Position numbers and translations under genes: made by a program. DNA of 64,000 nt from Porphyridium purpureum. Taxonomy: Eukaryota. Location of the stretch: contig VRMN01000001.1 in the NCBI GenBank assembly GCA_008690995.1, positions 3,038,001-3,102,000 on the forward strand, read 5' to 3'. Below, piece by piece: positions 22,601 to 32,350 of this stretch; position 1 is the first letter of the stretch; every line of letters begins with the position of its first letter. The notes below the pieces were generated by a model. It saw only the letters and a list, made by a program, of their open reading frames with translations. It did not search any database and was not told the origin of the DNA.

Positions 22601-23221
22601 CAGCGCCTGCTGCTCACATGATACAGTTGTTGACCCGTTTGCGACGAGCAGGTGCAGGCTCCAAACCGCCTCGAACCCTCTAGTGCTTGCAACGTGGCGA
22701 ACAGGAAATACATGCAGCAGTGCCAGTCGCACGCGAACATGGTTGCCGTCACCTTGCGTGAACGGGCTAAGGTATGCGGACGCGAGCGTCGCGCGCTCAT
22801 CGTCACCCCATTCCGCGAGTTGAATGTGATTTTGCAGGGCTTCTGTGCCTGTGCATGCCTTCATGGTATTATCCCGCGCCATGTGCCGCGCCCTTTGCAA
22901 CATGTACCCGGCCGCGGATACATGCCTGCTGCCGTCGTGCTGGGCACGCCCTGATGAGGCTGGTGGATGTGCATGACGAATCGCGAGCGACATGTTGCGA
23001 ATCGACATGCTCCATAGCGCGGTGACAAGCAACACCGCCAACAGGAGCAGTGCCCTGTTGTACAAAAAATGGCCGCAGGGCACTTGTCGGATGCGCGAAA
23101 CCCACGTGCGCGCCGCACCACTTGGCATGTGCGCACGTACTGGGATCATGCGGACGGTGTCGATGTTATCCAAGTCATACCCGCCCTTTGACGTGTCGAC
23201 CTCATACGCAAGGCACACCAT
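19652..23221 (-). CDS. Type II membrane protein with two GT92/GT-A-like glycosyltransferase domains
   Basis: N-terminal TM. Two related blocks: QWIGYHLTVGFDFVTLYVDG...SPDEYL and EWLAYHWHFGFDSFTVYVDG...LDVDEFVF. Confidence 0.75.
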   Translation of the reverse strand: MVCLAYEVDTSKGGYDLDNIDTVRMIPVRAHMPSGAARTWVSRIRQVPCGHFLYNRALLLLAVLLVTALWSMSIRNMSLAIRHAHPPASSGRAQHDGSRHVSAAGYMLQRARHMARDNTMKACTGTEALQNHIQLAEWGDDERATLASAYLSPFTQGDGNHVRVRLALLHVFPVRHVASTRGFEAVWSLHLLVANGSTTVSCEQQALGTESSRDSTEGIALLWYSCGGIESELVNESTSKAGAVDVSLRVTARDGAGPSLEQRMIPLHVCAWDAVIDGAIQAPTSATHSLAAMVAQPDLDWAVGSDEQGADREKEQFLSTQHILQWIGYHLTVGFDFVTLYVDGDCPSALREQLRPFSGNGVARCVSTTRLPGSTILQHRKLVFALHAERYREMESYVLFASPDEYLAFSEALVAQQNVSTPLQAVFPPLQTEAQPCAYGLGLVELHPGSRPLVSEDLLINLYTSQRCDSAIANEVHGETSRYPKRQAAYSVLRTNCSREHLEEDLLSPRSISNAFLARFNREKLPRSHCRSQPLDGASSRRELMNFAFQTQLQLAKYGIIGGAPAELDVRKSVHSAEGEDSMVARIRDPFQTRDKLSTKRHYRIFADTNIRVAVASTDEASCAGAIKFAQLAPLLSWGTGPPSSELEISNQNAFEARQVFLLDAYLVGVDGNHESDDEIALGWQRFSIHFLVKYRGPFEPSAFSFLNQGIPFRFRLGNGESVACHVDPPPRDYIGESTWEVRYETLYGYHCDSFLAQVPSAKNHTRLGSPQYAARSKVFPVLENANLFIAQQNQRMLGETESNLKVFSPTFGFELGGLCEWDPALDILPPGEGNASKTNALVTMVDPEYSLRTPEGLHQPSSLERLPEWLAYHWHFGFDSFTVYVDGMDTTQVRASLSTFVATGRVRIIPTRRNRILKEKPEPWMRLLPPVPDLIARMRDHQRVVFSTHIDRYAKFHDVMMVLDVDEFVFLDKKVMERSLKKSKKKRATSGVTSDDLNAEGLTQNTTGHGLLPTNFSTPLEILLNRWRSSKYEDICQVRMRWWHFELLPGGNASSSGMSWVAEHSAPNASPEWERVAWKSVVQQFQYRRVLPITYRDRGSSKALFLANETTFYSNQHGAFKFKSDRCRETYFNPKKGYLAHFRYAKAQIHTPNVKFDSSFMLEDIAEAIAEVEQLANARVPLQHAYGV

Positions 23222-24749
23222 TCTCTCGCACGGCCACGCCGCTGTTGCTACGCCTTGACGTCGCCGCTACAAGCCAAGCACCACGCAGCGTTCCATTTTG
23301 TAGCGCCGCGGCACAGCGTCTCGTTCAGCCGCACGCCGCATGATCATGATCATGCTTTTTACCACCCATCATAAACTCAGCTGCCGTGCACGCCGTTCGC
23401 CTCAACACGCGTGCATGCTCAACCGACCCCAACCAACGCACGCCGCACCTTAATCAACGCCATTCAGAGCCCCCATTTTTTATGCGTCCTTCCCCCTTCC
23501 CCTCGCGACGCCGCTCAGGAGCTCCTCCAATTTAACACGCCCCGAACAATCACCGACGTGCACAACACAACACGCTCCAGCTGTACCTCACCGCTCACCC
23601 GATACAACCCCCACCGCCCCGTCAAAATCATCGGAAATCCCAGAACATACGCAAACACGCCTATTTTGTGATATATTGAACTATTCCGCAAGGGTTGCGC
23701 CGCCTTCCCTCTTTTTCTTCCCCGACGCGCAACACGCCAAAACATTTCATGGCTAGATTCATGGATTCACCACAACACGTTCTGCCCCTTTTTTGGTGGT
23801 TCTTTTTGTGCACTGTGTGTTGTTTTCTGTTTGGTTCCTCTCCAAGAACGTCTGTAAACGGGGGAATAGTGTCATGCGGGTTCTCTCAGCGCAGCCAGCA
23901 TTTCTTATAACGAAACGCGGCGGTTCTGCGATTTTCCGCGCGTTGAGTTGGCTCTCAACGAACCGAACGCGCGCGATGTGGTGTTGCTTATTTGTGTTTC
24001 TGTGTCCAGGGTTCGCTCCTTGTGATAAAGATCAGAAAACCAAACGAAGCATAATTCACACGGAAGGGTTAAAAATTAAAGGAGGGTTTGGGGTGTCGCA
24101 CTGTACCGCAAAGTACGGTTAAAGGCCAACTGGATAAACCGCGTTTGAGGAAATGTGGCTCGATAGGGTAACGCGGTTGGGGTTAATGTGGGGTGTTTGG
24201 GTGGGGGTGAGCTCACCCGAGCCGCCGTGCTTTATTCCCTCTGCCGTGTTTGCCGGCTTCCGCGCTATGCGTGGTATTGACTGTGTCCGGAGTGGGTTGA
24301 CACGCGTCGTGGAACGCACGCTTTCTTGCGAAAAGAAGGAATAAGGATATCGGCGTTGCTTTCTTGTTGCCGCGCAGGTTGGTGGAGAGTATTCCCACTG
24401 GCCAGTCCATCCGTGGGTGCGTGGCGATGGGCATCCCCTCCCCGGCCGCTATGGCACAATGAGTTGCGGGTGGCGCTGTCGCAGAATCTGCGTGGCGTGC
24501 GTCGCAAATGAAGCGGGTTGCGTGGTCTCGTCATGAATATAGAGTGCCAGTCGCCAGCGAGCAGGCCAGCTTGTCTAGCCTGTGCCGGGTACTTATTGCT
24601 CTCCTTCGGTGTCGACCGCAGCTCGCAGGCATCCCAGGCAGGACGGGCTGTGCCTTGGTCGTCTGTCTTGCAAAGGTAACGGCCCGAGCTGGGTTGACAG
24701 AGTATAGAGCCAGCAGTCAGGACAAGGAGTATCGCAGTTCGAGCACAGC

Positions 24750-26018
24750 ATGGCAATCCGCTCAGCTTTCGTGATCCTGCTCATTGGTGCGGCTGCTCTG
24801 ATCTTGCTGTGTTCAGAAGTGGCGGCGGGTAAAGGGAGAGGAGGGAACGGTAGACCTACGCCATCGCCTACATCGGTAGCGTCGCCAGCTCCAACAGCCG
24901 CGCCAGTTCCAACGGAGACGGCTGCGCCGAAGAAAGGACGAGGCAAGAGAACACCTGAGACAACGACAGCCAGTCCGTCGCCGTCGCCATCGCCATCGCC
25001 ATCTCTGCACCCGCAAGCAGAGTTGACGACAGGGGTCAGCTGTAATGGCTTGGAGTATTGTCCTTTGGAGATCAACTTGATTCCGAACGGAAACCAGGAT
25101 CCACGTGCGGTCGAGGTCTTTGAGCTGGCGTACGCCAAGTTACGCAACATCGTGCGTGGCCAAAACCTGATTCAGCAGGCTGTGACGGTGAATATCTATT
25201 ATAGAGTCAATGGACTTGACGGGCTGGAAGGCGTTCTTGGAAGTGCAAAGCATTATGAGCACATAGCTGTTTGTACCGGGGAGGTTTCAAGCACATGCAG
25301 CTACGATGCATTGCCCACTCTAGGCGAAATGATTTTTGACTCCAACGATTTCTTTTTCGGTGTTGAGTACGCTGCGTGGAGGGACTATTGGGTCTTGGTG
25401 ACCTTGCACGAGCTGTTGCACTTGCTAGGCGTGGGGTCTTTCTGGATTAATCGTTTTGTCCGAGCAGGCTACAATACGCGCGTTGACTGCATCTCCGGAT
25501 CGTACGCGCGCTACAAGTACCCAGCAGCAATGCGCGAGTGGAATGCATTGGGGGGTTCTGGATCTCCCCCCGTCGAGTTCTCCACGTTGAGGCCCGGCAC
25601 TGATTGCACACATTGGGACGAGTTGCAGCTTGACGCCGAACTAATGACCGGAATTTCAAACACCTATTTAAATAGCTTGACGCAGGCCCCCTTGGAGAAG
25701 GTGAGCGCAATCACCTTTGGCGCCATGGAAGATCTCAACTACGTGCTGGACTGGAGTCTAGTCGAGGGGTATTCAATGGGTCAAGCACAGCGCATCCCGT
25801 TGGACGAGCGACTGGAAACCTCGCAGAAGTCAAACAAAGCAAGCGAACGAGGTAGGGTCGAGAAGCAAAGGCAACGACAGTGGGGAAAGCTGGCAGCCAA
25901 CTTTCAGGCAAAAGGCGGGATCCAGGAAATTTGGCAGGACGCGCCAGATTACGTGGCGCCATTGATGGATCGCCGAGGCAACCTTGTTGCGCACGGAAGC
26001 CAGAGGAGACCTTTGTAA
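24750..26018 (+). CDS. Secreted leishmanolysin-like (M8 / GP63) zinc metalloprotease
   Basis: Signal peptide, Pro/Ser/Thr stalk, HELLHLLG, HWDE, Met-turn ELMTG and SAITFGAMEDLNY. Confidence 0.85.
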   Translation: MAIRSAFVILLIGAAALILLCSEVAAGKGRGGNGRPTPSPTSVASPAPTAAPVPTETAAPKKGRGKRTPETTTASPSPSPSPSPSLHPQAELTTGVSCNGLEYCPLEINLIPNGNQDPRAVEVFELAYAKLRNIVRGQNLIQQAVTVNIYYRVNGLDGLEGVLGSAKHYEHIAVCTGEVSSTCSYDALPTLGEMIFDSNDFFFGVEYAAWRDYWVLVTLHELLHLLGVGSFWINRFVRAGYNTRVDCISGSYARYKYPAAMREWNALGGSGSPPVEFSTLRPGTDCTHWDELQLDAELMTGISNTYLNSLTQAPLEKVSAITFGAMEDLNYVLDWSLVEGYSMGQAQRIPLDERLETSQKSNKASERGRVEKQRQRQWGKLAANFQAKGGIQEIWQDAPDYVAPLMDRRGNLVAHGSQRRPL

Positions 26019-26231
26019 GATCGACTCGTTTCATGGTAAAGCGTTCTGTTCGCAAGTTTTCCATCAGAATCGATTTCTGCGAACCCCGATCTGAAAGGTT
26101 TACAACTTGTGCACTTCCCGGCACTCTTTTGCGTAGGCCACCGTCCCGTCTCACTAAAGTTTGTCGATGACACTACTATACGATTCCTCGGCAGCTGGTC
26201 CGCAAGCGCGCGGGAAATCAAGCACGCTTCC

Positions 26232-27296
26232 ATGAAGATGACCGCGCCAGGCGGCCACCATGGCCCGCATAGTCCGCATAGTCCGCATGGTCCGCACGGT
26301 TCACATGCTCATCGGCTGCTCGGCACGGGATCGAGTTGGCGCGTGTTGGTTTTCATCGCGGCTTGCGTCGGCGCGACTGTATGTGTTGTTTTCGCATTGG
26401 GATATGGCCTCTTTGCAACTCACGAAATGGCCAGCAATGGGTTGACTCTAACGAGCGGTGTAGCGGCGCGGATAGCGCTGAGCACGTCGTTCAAAAGCAT
26501 GCACGAGATAGAAAATGCAGTCCGGGTTCGCGAGATGGCATACGATCTGCACGAGTTTGCGGCGCTGAGAAACCTCATCATGTGTGCCGGGCATACAGTG
26601 TACAAGGGCACCAGCTATGATCGAGACAGCATAGCAAACGAGTCGAACTGGGTATTGGAGCGAAATCAAGTAGGCCAGCTACCAGCGTACCTCGCGCACA
26701 TAAGGACCAGCGTCGAGCTGGCGGCGAAGGACCCTTTGGCGCTTCTCCTATTTTCCGGCGGACAAACTCGCAGAGATGCGGGACCGACGTCGGAAGCGCA
26801 GACGTACTGGAAGACAGCTCAGGCTTTCGACTGGTACGGGCTGAATGCCAGGGATTCGCCGCATGCCGTGAGCCATCGCATCTTTACGGAGGAATTTGCA
26901 CGCGACTCGTTTGAGAATCTGCTCTTCTCGGTCTGCCGATTCAGGGAAATGACCGGACATTATCCGGACCATTTAACGGTGGTTTCATTCGGCTTCAAGG
27001 AGCGGAGGTTTCGCACCCTTCACCGCCAGGCGCTGCGCTGGCCGGCCGAGCGTTTTCACTATGTTGGCGTAGATTTGGAGCCTCCATCAAAGGCACTGAT
27101 TGACGGCGAGCAGGCAAACGCGGCCAATTTATTCAGAGAAGATCCATACGGCTGTGACTCTCCAACGCTGGTGGCCAAACGAAAGGGCAGAAATCCGTGG
27201 CTCCGATTCATGCCATACCCAGACGGCTGCCCTGAGATCGCAGAAATATTTGTACAGTGCGGACGCGTTCCGTTCGAGGGCCCATTGCCATGGTGA
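26232..27296 (+). CDS. Membrane-anchored DUF218-like (Rossmann-like, yeast YOR238W-like) protein
   Basis: N-terminal TM. Motifs LIMCAGH, LLFSGGQTR, SEAQTY, EEFARDSFENLLFSVCRF and FKERRF. Confidence 0.75.
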   Translation: MKMTAPGGHHGPHSPHSPHGPHGSHAHRLLGTGSSWRVLVFIAACVGATVCVVFALGYGLFATHEMASNGLTLTSGVAARIALSTSFKSMHEIENAVRVREMAYDLHEFAALRNLIMCAGHTVYKGTSYDRDSIANESNWVLERNQVGQLPAYLAHIRTSVELAAKDPLALLLFSGGQTRRDAGPTSEAQTYWKTAQAFDWYGLNARDSPHAVSHRIFTEEFARDSFENLLFSVCRFREMTGHYPDHLTVVSFGFKERRFRTLHRQALRWPAERFHYVGVDLEPPSKALIDGEQANAANLFREDPYGCDSPTLVAKRKGRNPWLRFMPYPDGCPEIAEIFVQCGRVPFEGPLPW

Positions 27297-27539
27297 AGGC
27301 AGAGAGCTGACGAGATTCAATTGCACGAATAAGTTTTGTCTGTTTTTGTGAATCCGTTACAGCGCCCAGTACGGAGCACAATCACACGCTCGCATGACTC
27401 GGTGGATGCAACAAGTCGTCGAAAAGCACTTGGCAGATTCTCCAGCTGCCGGGAAAGTGAACACGTGCCACAAAAGTCGTGGCTCTCATCGTGTGCATGC
27501 TGGCGTGCACACAATGTGGGAGGACTGCTTGATCCGCGA

Positions 27540-27905
27540 TCAAAGACCTAACGACTCTGCGACATGCTTCGGTCCTCCTCCGTTGTAGGCCTCATATCCG
27601 AGCTCTTTGAGAATCGCAGCTGCCTTTCCACCCCGTCCGCCAGCTCCGCAGTGTGTGACATAAACGGTATTCTTATCGAGGGTAACTCCCGCGCTCTTGA
27701 GCTTCTCGACGAATTCGTCAGGCGTGGTTGCGCGCTCGCTCTGGGGCACTCCTTCCATGTTGAGGGGCACGTGCACTGCCCCTGGTACGGAGTCCGGCGG
27801 CCCACCCTTACCCTGCGCAACCTCATTCGGATCGCGCACGTCCAAGACGACCGGCGATTTCAGCGCGGCCAGGACGGACGCTTCTACCACTGCCTTGTCC
27901 GCCAT
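27540..27905 (-). CDS. Single-domain rhodanese (sulfurtransferase)
   Basis: VLDVRDPNE, VPGAVHVPL, active-site HCGAGGRG and LKELGY. An alternative upstream ATG lies at 28043. Confidence 0.88.
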   Translation of the reverse strand: MADKAVVEASVLAALKSPVVLDVRDPNEVAQGKGGPPDSVPGAVHVPLNMEGVPQSERATTPDEFVEKLKSAGVTLDKNTVYVTHCGAGGRGGKAAAILKELGYEAYNGGGPKHVAESLGL

Positions 27906-28116
27906 GCTGAGCCGTGACCACGGGTCCGCACCTCTTGCACGCGCGCTGTGCCGAACGACGACGCTCCTCCGATCCGCGACCTTGCTCCTGTCTTTCCCAC
28001 CAATGACCCAGGCACACGGACGCGAAACCACACACACAAACATGTCCACCTTCCTCACTTCACTGCGATCAAACCCTTCGCACTCCCCCCCCCCACAAGC
28101 AGCAACTCTTCTTCTT

Positions 28117-28368
28117 CGTGGAATTTTAGGGTTCCGCCCCGAGAGACGCCGTAGGGTTTTGAGTACAAAACCCTAGAAAGTTCTATGATGAAAGATTGTT
28201 CGAGAAGCGTGATGATCTCGGACCTGCGAAATGTTTGTCATTGTCGTTTTGTGTGGCCTTGTGCAAAGGTCAAAGGCCGGCCGAAGCTTCTGGATTCGTT
28301 CTTGACGCGCCCTCCCGGCCATTTTCCGGATACGTGGCCGGCTGTGGTTGCGAGTTGTGGAACGAATC
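28117..28368 (+). repeat. Outer element 5' LTR, left part (252 bp)
   Basis: Matches 54591-54842 by eye and ends in the GAATC target of the gypsy insertion. Confidence 0.95.
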
Positions 28369-28539
28369 TGTTACCAATGCTGTGCCTTTTTACTCTGCTT
28401 CTTTTTTTCTCTTCTCTCTCCGAGCAAGACCTGACCGGCTAGTCCGGGCAGGCGCGTCGCCTTTTTATACCCTTACTTCCGCCAGGGACAGCAAGGCGCC
28501 AAGAGAAATGACAATGCAAATCATTGGCATTTCTGCGCG
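28369..28539 (-). repeat. Host gypsy 3' LTR, split part (171 bp, including the GCGCG target)
   Basis: Same variant (ctttttttctcttctctctcc, gccaggg, atcattgg) as LTR 49580-49873. 171 + 123 = 294 bp. Confidence 0.9.
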
Positions 28540-28951
28540 TGTTACCAATGCTGTGCCTTTTACTCTGCTTCTTCTTACCTCTTCTGTCTCCGAGCAAGAC
28601 CTGACCGGCTAGTCCGGGCAGGCGCGTCGCCTTTTTATACCCTTACTTCCGCTAGGGACAGCAAGGCGCCAAGAGAAATGACAATGCAAATGATTGGCAT
28701 TTCTGCGCGCGTCTAGAAGGTTCTGGAACCTCTAGAAGCTTCTAGAAACGGTTAAACGGTCTACCGGTTTAACGGCTTACCGGTTTCGGAGTAACCGAAC
28801 CGTTCTAGGTGACTGGGGTCGAACGGATAACCTCTCCCCCCCTCTTGGCTCGACGTCTCGGCGAGACTTCAAACTAAGTTGCATTCTTGGCTCGAGGAAC
28901 CCGCGCTCCGGGAGAAAACCTCTGCCTAGCAAACTTCTCACAATTCCCAAG

Positions 28952-31900
28952 TCATTCAGAGTCAGACTCTTCGATAATTTTCAACAAGTCTGACTCAGAA
29001 TTGGACGCTGGCATTTCGTCGGGTACTTCTTCATCATTTTCCCCTGCCATGTAGTCTTCGCGTCCATAGTATGGCTTCAGATGTTGGATCGGAAAGACAT
29101 CATGACAAGCCACACCCTCAGGCAAAATCACTCGGTAAGCATGCGAGCTTACCTTCTCAATGACAGGCACCGGACCAAGAAACTTTGGTGCCGCCAAATC
29201 ACTCTTGTTCGGCCGCAGTTGCGGCGCCGTGATCAACACTTGATCACCAACTTGAAACTCCCGGGCATCCTTGCGTCGATCGAAGAACTTCTGCATTCTC
29301 CCTTGGGCTTCGATCAAATTGTCGCGGACTTCTTCATGGACTTTGCACAGGCGAAACCAGTGCTCCGCCATGTCCTTCGTCTGTCCGTCGCGCGCAGGCC
29401 TCCACCCTTCGCTCGGTGGAAACCAAGGATCCCTTCCATACACCACTTTGAACGGCGCGAATCCAGTGGCACTGCTTGGTGCGGAGTTGTACGCAAACTC
29501 GTACAACGGCAAGTCTCGCACCCAGCCACTATTCGTCGCCATCAACTTGAGCATTTCCCGAATCACGCGGTTCACTCGCTCAGTTTGGCCATCTGTCTGC
29601 GGGTGGTTGGCGGTAGACATAGCCAACTTCATGCCCACCCGCTTGCTCAACTGCTGCCAAAACGTGGACGTAAACAGCGGATCTCGGTCCGACACAATCG
29701 ACTTGGGGTATCCGAAACGGCTCACGACGTGCTTCACGAACAAGTCAGCACAACGCTTTGCTGTCAAGTCCTTGCGCGTCGGGATGAACAGCGCAATCTT
29801 CGAATAGCGATCCACCACAGTCATAATTGCATCACAGCTGCCTTCGCTCCGAGGCAGCTCCGTCACAAAGTCCATCGAAATGTCGACCCAAGGTCCTTCT
29901 GGGATCGACAAGGGCTTCAGCTTTCCAAACGACCGATTCTCTGACTTTGTCACTTGGCATGCGTGACAAGTCTTCACAAAACGGCTCACGTCTCGCTTCA
30001 TCTTTGGCCAGGAGAAGCGAGTGATCAAAGATGCATACGTCGTGTCGGCTCCACGGTGTCCTGCTGTCGGGATATCGTGGTGGAGCTGCATGACACGCTC
30101 TCTGAACTTCCTCGGCACGCAAACGCGATTCCTCAAGTACAAGAGCCCAGCTTCGGTTCGAAAACCCTGGTGGGTCGGTAAGTCACCCATCAAAGTACCA
30201 AAGTCTGGGTCACTCGAGTACGAACCCACGAATGCCTGGAAACCCGCACCAAATTCATCACACCGAACTTGGTACTCTAGCGCATGTAACTCTGGCTTCC
30301 TCGACAAAGCATCGGCTACCACGTTCGACTTTCCCTTCACATAGTCGATCGTGATGTCAAACTCGGCTAAAAAGTCCAGCCACCGTGCTTGCCGGCCATT
30401 CAGCTCCTTCTGCGTCATCAAATGTTTCAACGCCTCATGATCTGTATGAAGCACAAACTGTGCTCCGTACAGATAAGGTCGAAACTCTCGCAGACAGTGA
30501 ATGACGGCCATGAGCTCACCTTCATAGCTGCTGTACCTGGTCTCTCGGTCCAGCAGCTTCCTTGACGTAAACGCGACCGGTCTGCCTTCCTGTGCCAGCC
30601 ACCCCCCCACCGCGACTTCGGAGCGGTCTGTGTACACCTCGAATGGCTTTTCAGGGTCTGGCAAAGCCAACACCGGCGCTTCCGTCAACATCCCCACAAT
30701 CTTCTTGAAGGCCGACTTGCCTTCATCTCCCAGTTCGATCAGCTGCTTCTTCGACTTTGCGTTCTGCAACAGCGAAGTCAGCGGCGCCACGACGGTAGAG
30801 TATCCTTTGACAAACCTGCGAAACCAGTTTGTCATTCCCAAAAAGGATCTCAACTCCGTCACCGTCTTTGGCACTGGCCAATCTTTCAAAGCTTCCACCT
30901 TCCGTGGATCCATCTTCACACAACCGTTACCGACAATGTTTCCCAGGTATTCGACTTCAGAAACGAAGAAGCTGCATTTCTTGCGCTTCAAACGATACCC
31001 TGCCTTTTGCAAGCGCGACAACACTTCCTTGAGGGCCTCGCTGTGCGACTGCCTATCCTTGGTGAAGACCAAAATATCGTCCAAGTAGACAATGACGGTC
31101 TTGTCCAGCAGATCTGCAAACAGCTCGTTCATGGCCCTCTGAAAAGTTGCCGGCGCGTTGCAAAGACCAAACGGCATCACACGGAACTCGAACTGTCCGT
31201 ACCTGGTCTGGAACGCGGTCTTCGGCACATCCTCTCCCCGAACACGCAACTGGTGGTATCCCGATGCCAAATCCAACTTTGAAAAACAGTGAGCTGCGCC
31301 CAGTCGATCCAGCAACTCATCCATGTTCGGCAACGGATACCGGTCCTTCACAGTTGCGTCGTTCAACGCCCGATAATCGACGCACATCCTCATGCTGCCG
31401 TCTTTCTTCTTCACGAACAGCACGGGTGCTCCAAACGGGCTCTGACTCGGCTGGACGAATCCTTTGTCCAGCAAGTCGTCCAAAGTCTCTCGGAGGACTT
31501 TCAACTCCGCAGGGCTCAGTCGGTAGACCCTGCCCACTCTCACAGGCTTCTCATCTTTCAGCCTAATCACATGCTCCACTGTTCGGCTCTCAGGCAGCCC
31601 TCGTGGCTCCTCGAACAGACTTTCGAAATCTTTGAGCATCTTCTTCACAGAGTCATCTCCTTTGCGCTCCACTGAACAGGGCTCCTCCCTTCCTTTCAGC
31701 ACGCCGAGGTAGCACTCTTCTACCTCCTGACTCTTCAACAGCCGACGGAGCTCTTTCCGCGGCACCAGCATCTGCGTCATGCTCCAGGCCTTCTTCTCTC
31801 CGTAGGCCAACATGCCAGACTGCCAATCAATCACTGGGTTCTCCCGCTTCAGCCACTCCATGCCCAGAATTGCGTCTTGTCCCGCAATCCGGCAAATGGC

Positions 31901-32350
31901 AAAGTTAGCGGCCCCTGAGTACCCATCGCTCAGTTCAAACTTGACATTGGAGACCTCTCCGGCTGTTTCCAATACAGACCCATCCGCTAGGGTCACATGA
32001 TCTCTCTTCCACGACGCCTTCTGCTTCAGGCCGTCGGATTTCAGCACAAAGTCCACGCTCATAAAGTTGTCCGTCGCGCCACTGTCAATCAAAAACGTGG
32101 CCTCTCCGTCGGACTTGTGCACTTTTCCTCGAACTCGAAGAAGCATGGCAGCTCCCATCCCTCCCAGTTCCTTGATCACGGGCTGATTGGCGCTCGAGTT
32201 TCGCCCACAAGGTGTCGGACAGCCAGGCCTTGGCTTACCAAGGCCACCACAGCGGTCTTCATTGCCGCCCCTAGAGGTCTCGTAACGCCTGCGAGCCTCC
32301 TTTCCCTCTGACTGTCCGAGGAACCTCTCTACTCGAGCTCCTCGTTTTTT
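28952..32350 (-). CDS. pol: Gypsy unit 1 pol (PR-RT-RNaseH-IN), reached by a -1 frameshift
   Basis: FLIDSGA, RMCVDYR, YLDD, RNaseH (YTD..E..TDH..VADALSR), HHCC + DDE integrase and a GPY/F-like motif. No chromodomain visible. Confidence 0.95.
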   Translation of the reverse strand, partial: KKRGARVERFLGQSEGKEARRRYETSRGGNEDRCGGLGKPRPGCPTPCGRNSSANQPVIKELGGMGAAMLLRVRGKVHKSDGEATFLIDSGATDNFMSVDFVLKSDGLKQKASWKRDHVTLADGSVLETAGEVSNVKFELSDGYSGAANFAICRIAGQDAILGMEWLKRENPVIDWQSGMLAYGEKKAWSMTQMLVPRKELRRLLKSQEVEECYLGVLKGREEPCSVERKGDDSVKKMLKDFESLFEEPRGLPESRTVEHVIRLKDEKPVRVGRVYRLSPAELKVLRETLDDLLDKGFVQPSQSPFGAPVLFVKKKDGSMRMCVDYRALNDATVKDRYPLPNMDELLDRLGAAHCFSKLDLASGYHQLRVRGEDVPKTAFQTRYGQFEFRVMPFGLCNAPATFQRAMNELFADLLDKTVIVYLDDILVFTKDRQSHSEALKEVLSRLQKAGYRLKRKKCSFFVSEVEYLGNIVGNGCVKMDPRKVEALKDWPVPKTVTELRSFLGMTNWFRRFVKGYSTVVAPLTSLLQNAKSKKQLIELGDEGKSAFKKIVGMLTEAPVLALPDPEKPFEVYTDRSEVAVGGWLAQEGRPVAFTSRKLLDRETRYSSYEGELMAVIHCLREFRPYLYGAQFVLHTDHEALKHLMTQKELNGRQARWLDFLAEFDITIDYVKGKSNVVADALSRKPELHALEYQVRCDEFGAGFQAFVGSYSSDPDFGTLMGDLPTHQGFRTEAGLLYLRNRVCVPRKFRERVMQLHHDIPTAGHRGADTTYASLITRFSWPKMKRDVSRFVKTCHACQVTKSENRSFGKLKPLSIPEGPWVDISMDFVTELPRSEGSCDAIMTVVDRYSKIALFIPTRKDLTAKRCADLFVKHVVSRFGYPKSIVSDRDPLFTSTFWQQLSKRVGMKLAMSTANHPQTDGQTERVNRVIREMLKLMATNSGWVRDLPLYEFAYNSAPSSATGFAPFKVVYGRDPWFPPSEGWRPARDGQTKDMAEHWFRLCKVHEEVRDNLIEAQGRMQKFFDRRKDAREFQVGDQVLITAPQLRPNKSDLAAPKFLGPVPVIEKVSSHAYRVILPEGVACHDVFPIQHLKPYYGREDYMAGENDEEVPDEMPASNSESDLLKIIEESDSE

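Noticed and set aside
23230..24740. 1.5-kb region with alternating C-rich and G/T-rich tracts as an RNA gene or MITE
   Set aside because: No terminal inverted repeats, TSD or tRNA/rRNA motifs seen. Consistent with a divergent promoter region.
28952..29080. Chromodomain or env gene in the gypsy element
   Set aside because: Pol ends in a short acidic tail after the GPY/F-like motif, and only about 120 bp separate the stop from the LTR.
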